A stretch of DNA of 63,588 nt, filler included, from Octopus bimaculoides (lineage: Eukaryota), in NCBI RefSeq assembly GCF_001194135.2. It is 3 parts of 3 records of this genome, joined end to end, with 100 filler letters (N's around TTAATTAATTAA, not from the genome) between each part and the next. Parts side by side here need not be neighbours in the genome. Positions count along the whole stretch, not along the records: positions 31,490 to 62,158 come from NC_068983.1; 2 more parts are not named here. One strand, given 5' to 3'. A program made the position numbers and the translations under genes. Of the stretch, positions 51,831 through 62,258 are shown piece after piece (within the stretch, counting starts at the first letter, position 1; each line of letters begins with the position of its first letter). The notes under the pieces were generated by a model. It saw only the letters and a program-made list of their open reading frames with translations, made no database searches and was not told where the DNA came from.

Positions 51831-52901
51831 TTTATACCCTAAAATTTCTCTTAATTTGTCTTCCTCCACACCCATCCACACCCCTTTGTAAACTTACAAG
51901 TACATACACCTCTACTAGTTCATACAGTACATGCGCACACTCAACCATATCATCATCATCATCATCATCGTTTAACGTCCACTTTCCATGCTGGCATAAT
52001 TTGGATGGTTTGACTGAGGACTGGCAAGCCAGGAGGCTGCACCATGCTCCAATCTGATTTGGCAAGGTTTCTACAGCTGGATGCCCTTCCTAACACCCAA
52101 CCACTCCGAGAGTGTAGTAGGTGCTTTTTACGTGTCACTGGCTGTGACATATACGTTCCTTAATTCTTAGATTTTAGTCTTTACTACCATTCTTCCCCCT
52201 TTCCTCTAGACTTTCAATTTTACTACTATACCATCTCTTCTAGCATACATTTTTCTTCCTATGGACCACAAATACTTCCCCCTGCCTCCTCTCCATACTA
52301 TCCTATTTAAATACCACTCCCCATTCCTTTCTCTGTGACTCAGCCAAAATGGCCCTATTGAAAACCACCTGCAAAATGATCTTGCTTAAATTCCTTACTT
52401 GTATCTCTCCCACTCCCTTATATATTTTTTTATTCTTTTTCCTCTTATATTCCTAATTTCTTTTCACAATTATATTCTCCACTCAAACTGTGCTCTCTAT
52501 GCATTCTGATCAAATCTTCCATGTGTTAAAATGTGCCTCCTAATGACAATGTAAACTTTCATTTACCCAAGATACCCTTGGCCTGAAGAGTAGCCTGTGA
52601 TAAACACCTCGCTTGGATATTTTCCACTTTTGAGGTTTCACTTACTATAAAACATATGTACCCAGATTTTATCTACTCCATTCCTTAACTCTTGTATGTG
52701 AGTGTATATATATATATATGTGTGTATGTGTATTTTTTCAGTGCATGCAAATAACGAAGAAAAATAAATTGTTACCAGGGTAGCAAAAATTCACATAAGT
52801 GCCAAAGATATTACAGCTTACTTTAAAGGTAGAAATTCCAGGGTTAAGTGAAATGTTTTTGTATAGTATGGATAAATTAAGAAATGGAGTCAAACACAGG
52901 T

Positions 52902-53199
52902 GTTATTCAGATCATCTATACTTCCAACATGTGTTACGAAAAAAGCATTGAGATTATTCCAGAGGGAATAAAAATGATGTAAAACAATGCAATCATCTCA
53001 TCAGGGGAAAAAAATGAAAATAAAACACATCAATAAGCCATTTTAACTGAATTCAGTTAAAATGGCTTATTGATGTGTTTTGTTTCTCTGTTTATCCTGA
53101 CAAGATGATTGCATTGTTTTACATCATTTTTATTCCCTCCGGAATAATCTCAATGCTTTCTTTGAAACATATGTTGGAAGTATAAATGATTTAAATAAC
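52902..53199. repeat. Spacer-less palindrome of about 300 bp centred on GAATTC (53049-53054)
   Basis: ...acacatcaataagccattttaactga|attcagttaaaatggcttattgatgtgt...; the arms match at roughly 90% over about 140 bp each. Confidence 0.95.
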
Positions 53200-56035
53200 C
53201 ATCATCATCATTATCATTTAATGTCTCTTGTCTATGAGTTGGACGGTTTGGCGAGAGCTAACAAGCTGGGGAGCTACTCCAGACTCCAGTGTGATTTAGC
53301 ATGGTTTCTACAACTGGATGCCCTTTCTAATGCCAAACTCTTTACAGAGGTTTTTACACAAGCGCTTTTATGTGGCAATGCACAGGTGCTATTATGTGGA
53401 ACCAGTGCAAGTACTTTTTACATGGCACCAGCACAGGACTCTTGCAAGCCACTCCTCTCCACCAGGGGGACTGGCCTTAACACTTCTATTGTGGAACATG
53501 GGTTTTCTCAAGTACAGCAAGGCATCAGACATCTCAGTCCTTTGTCATCTTGCCTGAAAGGTTGTTCTTTGAGAGATCAGCACTTCTTTATGGAGCTGTC
53601 AGCATTCATCTGCATCACAATACCAAATCAGTGCAGTGTTCTCTCAATGCACTAGCACTCTGTCAAATATGTACACTTACATTACACTATCTGGAAGAGT
53701 ATACTATCCTCATACCTCTCTAATCTTCACATGTTCTCTGCATTCAAGGCCCATGTCTCACCATGTAGAATTGCTGTCCATATACATGCATCATGCAATC
53801 TTCCTTTCACTGAGCTAACAGAGGTAACAGCTCTGAATTTCCTCCATCCTATTTCTTATTTTAGCTATCACACTCTTTGTGCATCCTCCCCACTATTAAT
53901 TTGATCCCTGAGGTAGCAGAAATTATCAACTACTAGGCGTAGGAGTGTCTGTGTGGTAAGTAGCTTGCTTACGAACCACATGGTTCCGGGTTCAGTCCCA
54001 CTGTGTGGCACTTTGGGCAAGTGTCTTCTACTATAGCCTCGGGCCGACCAAAGCCTTGTGAGTGGATTTGGTAGATGGAAACTGAAAGAAGTCCGTCGTA
54101 TATATGTATATATATATATGTTTGTGTGTCTGTGTTTGTCCCCCCAACATCGCTTGACAACCGATACTGGTGTGTTTACGACCCCGTAACTTAGCGGTTC
54201 GGCAAAAGAAACCGATAGAATAAGTACTAGTAGATTTGCTCGACTAAAGGCGGTGCTCCAACATGGCCACAGTCAAATTTGAGACAATAATTTTCTTGAG
54301 TCTCTATAGTTTTTATAGATCTTGTGCATCTTCCACATACAAACACTACCTTCTCTGATCACCTTCCTATTAATCCACTGCATCTCGTGTGTCTACAGCT
54401 TATGCTGGGTACTGCCTACACCTTTCCTACAAATCAAACAAGGCCACCTACCTGAATGGGTAGTGTCTTGTCTGTTTTCTTGCTTACTATGACCTTAGTC
54501 TTTGCTAAGTTAACCTTAAGGCCCTTAGATTCCAGGCTTTGTTTCCACACCTGGAATTTCCCAAGTTTCCTCAGAGCCCACCATATCACACAGTGGGGTA
54601 CTCTATCAAAGGCTTTCTCCAGATCAAAAGATGCCAAGTATATTCATTTATTCTTAGCTAAGTACTTCTCTTGCAGTTACCTGACTATGAAAATAGCATC
54701 AGTAGTGCTTCTTCCCTGGACGAAGTTAAACTGCATTTCGTGAAGACAATTCTGCTAATTAATTGGGCTATAACTCTCTCCATAATTTTCATCACTTAGT
54801 CCAGGAGTTTGATGCCTCTATAATTGCTTCTATCTAAAGCATCATCCTTACCCTTGTAGCAGCTAACAATTATGCTGCTATGCCAGTCATGGGATATTAC
54901 ACCTGCTTGAATGACCTGATTAACTATGTAGGTGACTAGCCCATATCCTACCTAATTAGATATTTTGAGCATCACAGCCATGATTCCAGATGGACCAGGG
55001 GCTTTCCCAGTTTTCATGTTTTTAATTCTTATCTTCCATACTATTGTCTACTAGGATAGCTGGTCCCTTTGTTGGGTTCACATGAGGGAGACTTCCTTTA
55101 TCTCATTCATTCTCTACATTCAACAATTTCGCATAGTAACTTGTCCATGCTTTTTTCTGGTCTGCATCACTAAGTGCAAGCATACTATTATCCATCCACA
55201 CGCACTTTTCTCCCACAATATTTAGATTCTCCCTGACACACTATGTTACCTTTTATGTCCCTCTTAATGTCACTGTTCCACCACTACTACGTCTGGCAGA
55301 GGCTTTGCTCCAACAACAGATTTGGTCCATTGCCCTTAGTAGATTGTCCTGTACGAACTTCCAGTTGTCCACTATATCATGTATTCATATATCTCTATCT
55401 CTTCCTCCTCCTTATCAACAGCCTCATTTAGGACATTTCTAAATCTCTGTCCATTTGTAGGATCCTTGAGCTTCCACAACCTTCTTTTCCATATTGGCTT
55501 GCATCTGGATCTTTCTTGCTCTAAGCCTGAAGTCACTAACCACTAGCTTATGTTGAGTTGAGCATTTTTCACCTGGGAAAGATTTTGCAATTATGAGCAG
55601 ACATCTGTCCCTTTGTCTGGTGAGGATGTAGTCAATTTGGCTGATGTGCCCACCAGATTGATGAGTGATCAGATGGTTGACAGGTTTTCTGTCAAAAGTT
55701 AGTGTTGCAGACCAGTAAGTCATGAGCATCACAAAACTCCAGCAGCCTTGTCTCCTCCTCGTTTCTGGAGCCAAAGCCATAGCTTCCATGTACACTCTGA
55801 AATCCATCAGTGTTTTCCAACACGTCCATTGAAGTCCCCTGTCATGAGAATGTCATCATCATCTTTCATCATCAAGGTAGTTCTCAGAAAGGATTCATAG
55901 AAGCAGTCCTTCCAAGTATTTGTGAGTTAAGCATGCAGTTGCATGAATCACAGTTATTCTTAACTTAATAATCCTATCACATACCCTGACTACCTCGATC
56001 ACCTTATCCACCCATTTCTCTGCTAGTAAAAGCAG
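53200..56035 (-). mobile_element. Old, heavily CpG-decayed RTE LINE (APE part, RT remnants, 3' UTR), interrupted by a SINE
   Basis: HISQIDYILTR, SFPGEKCSTQHKLVVSDF, SFDLEKAFDRVPH, WPCLICRKGVG, and a (cat)n tail at 53200. Confidence 0.9.
53935..54290 (+). mobile_element. Dominant tRNA-derived SINE, young complete copy retaining its CpGs
   Basis: aggcgtaggagtgtctgtgtggtaagtagcttgcttacgaaccacatggttccgggttcagtccc...ggcggtgctccaacatggccacagtc. Confidence 0.92.
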
Positions 56036-56129
56036 ACTGCCTAATTTTTTATTTTTTTGTGTTCTCTACTTTTATTCTGGCTTGTATCTTCCATTAGATG
56101 GGGTAAGTCCTCTTTCCCAATACATAAAA

Positions 56130-57360
56130 GACCATTAACATTAACACCAGCATACAATTCACAATGGAACACAACCATGAGGAACTCCCTTTCCTAGACA
56201 TACTGATTAGATAAAATAAATACAAAAATAGAAACAGACATTTTTTACAAGGCTACAGACGCTAAACAATATCTATTATTTAGCTCATGTCACCCAAGAC
56301 ATATCAAAACAAATAGCCCCTCCAACCTTGCAAGAAGGATTTGAACCATAGTATCTGAAAAAAATACCAGAGAACTAAAATATCAGGAGCTTAAAAATGT
56401 ACTCCAGGACAGGCGCTACTCAACTCAACTCATATATGAAGGAATTAAACATGCAAAATTGATTAATATTAAAACATTAAGAAAAGCCAAACATAACAAC
56501 ACATCTACCGTCAAAGCACTACCTTATATCTCCACACACAACTCCAGAAACAAAGATGCATTCAATATCATCGTCCAAAATCTTCCAATACTACATAGGG
56601 ACCCCTAACTTAAGGAAATTCTACATAACCATAAAATCATTATGAGCAGCAAACAGCCTAAGACATTGAAAAAAATTCACAATAATGCCAAACTATTCTG
56701 TAGAACAACGGATACAAGAGTCGTAATGCCCTAATAGCAGAACATGTCCCACTCTGTTGGAAGGAATTCCATTTCAGACAAGGACAAATATTCAAAATCA
56801 AATCTAGCTCACTTGCACCTCCCAAAACCTCATTTACATAATCAGATGCTTGGGCTGCCATCGAAACTATATTGACTCAACAGGAAATTCGATCTGAAAG
56901 AGACGTACGGTCCACAGACAACAAATTTCCTCCCCAGAATATCACCAAATATACCTTAGTCAACACATGTGCAGAACAATTACAACCACAATTCATAATT
57001 TTCCCATTTTATCAACTTGCCTTCTGGACCTCAACACAAGTAAGTCTGACTAAAGAAGCCTCATTTATCCAAAAATATAAACCAGAATTAAATATGAACC
57101 CATATTAAAAATAAAGGACTTACCCCATCTAATGGGAGATACAAGCCAGAATAAAGTAGAGAACGAAAAAAATGTTTTACATTACAGATCTACTTCCCCT
57201 TTACTGCAAAATAAATGAGTGAACAATTATTCCCCCTAGCAATTTATCTCTTTCAACTCAGTTTGATGAGCAATGCGAAACCGCTCTTTACTTCAATTAT
57301 GTTGAAAGAACAAAACCTTATTTTGTACAAAATTGTATATCTTTATTATCATGGCTCTAA
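56130..57360 (+). mobile_element. Decayed Penelope-like element: RT thumb, GIY-YIG remnant and 3' pLTR-like region
   Basis: SIQFTMEHNHEELPFLDILI, IETDIFYKATDAKQYLLFSSCHPRHIK, FIIFPFYQL...KEASFIQKYKPELN. Confidence 0.85.
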
Positions 57361-57371
57361 TATATTCTTAA

Positions 57372-58617
57372 CCCTTTCGTTACTATATTTCTGACCAAAA
57401 TACACCTCTCGTGAGTTTCAATTAAATTCTAAATTAATCATGAATTTAGACTAGTTTTATTAGACAACTGTAACTTTTTTTACTTATCAACATATTAATG
57501 TGATATTTGGAACATAATTAAAGAAAGGGTTCTTAATCAATTCTATTGCATAACTTTTGTCTCAAAGTGACTCTAATTACAGGTAAATCCAGGTAAACTG
57601 AGCAAAAGGTAAAAATATTAAAATTTTGTTTAAACATCACCATAGAAAATGAATCATCAGCTAATATTTCAATTGGGTATGCAACAAAATTTTGATATAG
57701 AAAAATTGTGCACTTCACTAGATTATCAGTTGAATTTAATGCACAGAAGAACAGGTGTACCATAAAGGTGAAATAAACTGAAATACTGGAATCCACCTAA
57801 ATCTACTGCAAGTTTGACTGAACTAAAAAAAATCGGTCAAAAAATAATATACGGCCCTGCTTATGGAATGGAAGTGATAAATTCCAGACCACATCGTATC
57901 CTACGCCATGCTGACTAACATTATTTTCCCTGTATATAAACTAAATCCACAGCAGTACCCAGTATTTGCTTCACAAATTTTCCACTTTGATCCCCCACTT
58001 CGTTGACTTTCCTGGCATATACTGTTTGTTTACATTCTGCGTAACAGTTTGTTTCCACAGTGATCGCTTCAAACAAGCATACTGAAAAAAATAAAAGGTT
58101 TTGCTTCCTAAGAAAGACTATGGATAGACCCCCATCTTCTCAGAAAAATTGCTAATAAAAACATTTTTAAAGTTTTTACTTCATTCCGATGTAAAATCGT
58201 CTTTGCTGTTACTATCACTGCTTTCAGTTTCCTATTCATTCTCGTACACCACGTGCTTTTGTACCTCATTCATTCTTTTTCTCGCTATCTCCATATTTTC
58301 CATTGAAAAACTTTTAAATTCGGAAAAACTGCTTGATAGCATGAAACTCCTATCCATTTTCAAAGCTGAAAAAAAAAATCGATGCCAAAAAACTGGAAAA
58401 AAATCTCCCAAAATTCACCGAGTTCAGATATCACGTCAAGCAATGTCGGATACAATAACTCAACTATTTACAAAGTGAAATCATGTAATTTCACAAATGT
58501 ACTAATGAGATTTGTGCTTAAATTCACGTTTAAATAACAATGGGTACTCTCGGCCTGGTTGGTATTATGAACCAAATATTTTTTCGGCCGGCTACAGCCG
58601 GGTTAGTATCGAATGGG
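57372..58617 (-). mobile_element. Non-autonomous piggyBac-like element with TTAA on both sides
   Basis: TTAA-ccctttcgttac ... gtatcgaatggg-TTAA (10/12 TIR match). The minus strand carries an acidic N-terminal remnant (ETESSDSNSKDDFTSE). Confidence 0.6.
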
Positions 58618-59109
58618 TTAAATCTTGTAAAAGAAATCTGTGTTTTTTTCATCTTCTCCCTTTCTTTCTCTCTCTTCCTCTCTCTCTCTCTCTCTCTCTC
58701 TCNNNNNNNNNNNNNNNNNNNNNNNNNNNNNNNNNNNNNNNNNNNNNNNNNNNNNNNNNNNNNNNNNNNNNNNNNNNNNNNNNNNNNNNNNNNNNNNNNN
58801 NNNNNNNNNNNNNNNNNNNNNNNNNNNNNNNNNNNNNNNNNNNNNNNNNNNNNNNNNNNNNNNNNNNNNNNNNNNNNNNNNNNNNNNNNNNNNNNNNNNN
58901 NNNNNNNNNNNNNNNNNNNNNNNNNNNNNNNNNNNNNNNNNNNNNNNNNNNNNNNNNNNNNNNNNNNNNNNNNNNNNNNNNNNNNNNNNNNNNNNNNNNN
59001 NNNNNNNNNNNNNNNNNNNNNNNNNNNNNNNNNNNNNNNNNNNNNNNNNNNNNNNNNNNNNNNNNNNNNNNNNNNNNNNNNNNNNNNNNNNNNNNNNNNN
59101 NNNNNNNNN

Positions 59110-61866
59110 CAGCGGTCTTGCTCGAAAGTCCTTACACATGCAACAGGCACAAGTGCCAGAAAGGCGACGCTGGGCACAGGTGCCATCATAATTTCGCTTT
59201 CGCTTGAACCAATAAGTCTTCGCAAGCTGAGTTTCGTGTCCAATGAGGGAGACGACGTTGGCATAGGTGCCAGTCGTCGAATTTAGTTCGATTTCACTTG
59301 CCTCAACAGGTATTCGCAAGTGGAGTTTGGTGTCCAATGAAGGAAGGAAGGTATGCATAAGTGGACTGGCTGAGGCCTTAGATTTAAGTCTCACTTGGCT
59401 TGCCGGGCCTTCTCACGCACAGCATATTTCCAGTTGGCAGAGTTTCTGCAGCTGGATGCCCTTCCTAACGCCGACCACTCAGAGAGTGTAGTGGGAGCTT
59501 TTACGTGCCACCGGCACGATGGCCAGTCAGGCAGTACTGGCAACGGCCATGCTCAAAATGGTGTATTTTATGTGCTACCTGCACAAGAGCCAGTCCAGTG
59601 GCACTGGCAACGATCTCTCTCGAAAGTCCTTACACATGCCACGGGCACAAGTGCCAGAAAGGCGACGCTGGGCACAAGTGCCTTCACGATTTCGCTTTTC
59701 CTAATAAGTCTTCGCAAGCTGAGTTTCGTGTCCAGTGAAGGAGACAACATTGGCATGGGTGCCAGTCGTCGAATTTAACTCTATTTCGATTTCACTTGCC
59801 TCAACCGGTCTTTGCAAGTGGAGTTTAGCGTCCAATGAAGGAATGTACGCATGAATGGACTGGTTGAGGCCTTAACTTTAGGTCTCACTTGGCTTCCTGA
59901 GTTTTCTCATGCACAGCATATTTCGGTCAGAAGTCATTGCCTCGTTGAGGCCAAATGTTCGAAGGTCGTGCCTCACCACCTCATCGCAGGTCTTCCTGGG
60001 CCTACCTCTTCCACAGGTTCCCTCAACTGCTAGGGTGTGGCACTTTTTCACACAGCTATCCTCATCCATTCTCGCTATATGACCATACCATCGCAATCGT
60101 CTCTCTTGCACACCACAACTGATGCTTCGTAGGTTCAACTTTTCTCTCAAGGTACTGATACTCTGTCTAGTATGCACACTGACATTACACATCCATCGGA
60201 GCATACTGGCTTCATTCCTTGCGAGCCTACGTATGTCTTCAGCAGTCACAGCCCATGTTTNNNNNNNNNNNNNNNNNNNNNNNNNNNNNNNNNNNNNNNN
60301 NNNNNNNNGTTCGTACACATGCGTCATACAGTCTGCCTTTTACTCTGAGTGAGAGACCCTTGTCACCAGCAGAGGTAAGAGCTCTCTGAACTTTGCCCAG
60401 GCTATTCTTATTCTTGTAACTACACTTTCAGTGCACCCTCCCCCACTACTAACTTGGTCACCTAGATAGCGGAAGCTATCAACTACGTCTAGTTTTTCTC
60501 CCTGGAATGTGGCAGAAGTTGTTTTCTGCACATTCACAGTGTTTATTGCTCCTGAACATCTGCTACATACAAAAACTAACTTCCTAGTTAACCTTCCTTT
60601 GATATTGCTACACCTCTTATGTGTCCATAGCTTGCACTGGGAGTATCTTATAGAGTTTCTACCCACGCCTTTTCTACAGATTGAGCAGGGCCATCTACCT
60701 GAAGGTGTTTGTGTGTTGTCTACCTTCGTACTTATTAGGACTTTGGTTTTTGCTAGGTTGACTCTAAGGCCCTTCGATTCTAGTCCTTGCTTCCACACCT
60801 GAAACTTCTCCTCTAGTTCTGATAGTGACTCAGCAATTAGTGCAAGGTCATCAGCATAGAGGAGCTCCCAGGGGCAGCCTGTCTTGAATTCCTCTGTTAT
60901 CACCTGGAGGACTATGATAAATAGGAGGGGGCTGAGGATTGAACCTTGGTGGACCCCTACCTCTACCCGGAATTCTTCACTGTACTCGTTGCCAACCCTC
61001 ACCTTACTGACAGCTTCCCTGTACATGGCTCGCACAGCTTTCACTAACCATTCTTCTATACCTAGTTTCCTCATTGACCACCATATGAGGGATCGGGGGA
61101 CCCTGTCAAAGGCTTTTTCCATGTCAACGAAAGTCAGGTACAAAGGTTTATCTTTGGCTAGGTATTTCTCCTGCAGCTGCCTTACCAGAAATATAGCATC
61201 AGTGGTGCTTTTCCCTGGCACAAACCCAAACTGCATCTCATCTAAACTGACTCTCTCCCTAATCAGTTGAGCTATGACCCTTTCCGTGACTTTCATTACA
61301 TGATCTAACAACTTGATACCTCTGTAATTATTTGTAACTAAAGCGTCACCTTTACCTTTGTAGCAGTTGACTATGGTGCTGCTACACCAGTCATTGGGTA
61401 TGACTCCTTCATGTATCACTTGGTTAACAATACGGGCGACACTGCCAGATATTTTGAGCATCTCTGCAGTGATTCCTGAAGGGCCAGGGGCTTTCCCTGT
61501 CTTCATACTTTTAATTGATTTATCTACCATAGTACTGTCAATTCGGATAGCTGGTCCCTCTGTTGGGTCGACATTCGGCAGACTCTCTTTCTCCCATTCA
61601 TTCTCTTTTTTGAGCAATCTTTCGTAGTGGCGTCTCCATAACTCTTTCTTTGCAGCCTCGTTTAGTGCAAGTGTACCATCATCCATGCGAACACATTTCT
61701 CTCCGACGACATCACGATTCTCTCTCACACAGTATGGCAACACGAAATACCTCAAGTCTTTGGTCCTCACGGCGCAGAACATTGGCAAACTTTTTCTTAT
61801 CTGCTTCCCGTCTGGCTAAATAAACTTGTCGCCTAACTTCCTTTCTGGCAGTCTGATACAATTCCT
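59110..61866 (-). mobile_element. Younger 5'-truncated RTE LINE with an open RT and a duplicated 3' UTR
   Basis: Colinear with 36308-39000 and CpG-rich; the 5' end abuts (AT)n at 61867. Confidence 0.95.
60340..61788 (-). CDS. RTE reverse transcriptase ORF (482 codons) with a PHD-like zinc finger; TE-derived, lacks APE, frameshifted at the C-terminus
   Basis: NYRGIKLL, QFGFVPGKSTTDAIF, FVDMEKAFDRVP, GVHQGSILSPLLF, LLYADDLAL, FRYLG. Confidence 0.9.
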   Translation of the reverse strand: MPMFCAVRTKDLRYFVLPYCVRENRDVVGEKCVRMDDGTLALNEAAKKELWRRHYERLLKKENEWEKESLPNVDPTEGPAIRIDSTMVDKSIKSMKTGKAPGPSGITAEMLKISGSVARIVNQVIHEGVIPNDWCSSTIVNCYKGKGDALVTNNYRGIKLLDHVMKVTERVIAQLIRERVSLDEMQFGFVPGKSTTDAIFLVRQLQEKYLAKDKPLYLTFVDMEKAFDRVPRSLIWWSMRKLGIEEWLVKAVRAMYREAVSKVRVGNEYSEEFRVEVGVHQGSILSPLLFIIVLQVITEEFKTGCPWELLYADDLALIAESLSELEEKFQVWKQGLESKGLRVNLAKTKVLISTKVDNTQTPSGRWPCSICRKGVGRNSIRYSQCKLWTHKRCSNIKGRLTRKLVFVCSRCSGAINTVNVQKTTSATFQGEKLDVVDSFRYLGDQVSSGGGCTESVVTRIRIAWAKFRELLPLLVTRVSHSE

Positions 61867-61867
61867 A

Positions 61868-61899
<32 letters not shown>

Positions 61900-62158
61900 A
61901 TACTTTATTTAAAAGCAGCAGAAATATAACAAAAAAAACGTTACTCTGAGTTTTGCTTGGTGTACCTACGGAATTTGATTTTTCTAATGAGATCAAAAAG
62001 GTCCTTCTCGAAGGGTGATAGTGGATTTTCATCGATGAGTTCTTGAAACTTGGTTATTTTCCCTAAAACTATATATTATATATATATACCGGAGTAAGCA
62101 CATGAAATGTGCAACAAAGTGGAAAAAAAGAGTACTCAAATACCAGAGGTAGAGTAAT

Positions 62159-62258
62159 NNNNNNNNNNNNNNNNNNNNNNNNNNNNNNNNNNNNNNNNNN
62201 NNTTAATTAATTAANNNNNNNNNNNNNNNNNNNNNNNNNNNNNNNNNNNNNNNNNNNN
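62159..62258. other. Artificial scaffold spacer, 44N-TTAATTAATTAA-44N
   Basis: Identical in layout to 31390-31489. Confidence 0.95.

Noticed and set aside
52575-52620. CTGAAGA...TAAAC-ACCTC hammerhead-like string; similar weak strings at about 61935-61975(-), 62031-62056 and 63428-63448
   Set aside because: Each needs three or more core changes and lacks convincing stems.
3374-59394. Dozens of long ORFs in the supplied track (200-600 aa)
   Set aside because: They run through N gaps and dinucleotide repeats (YIYI, HTHT, CVCV) and are not genes.
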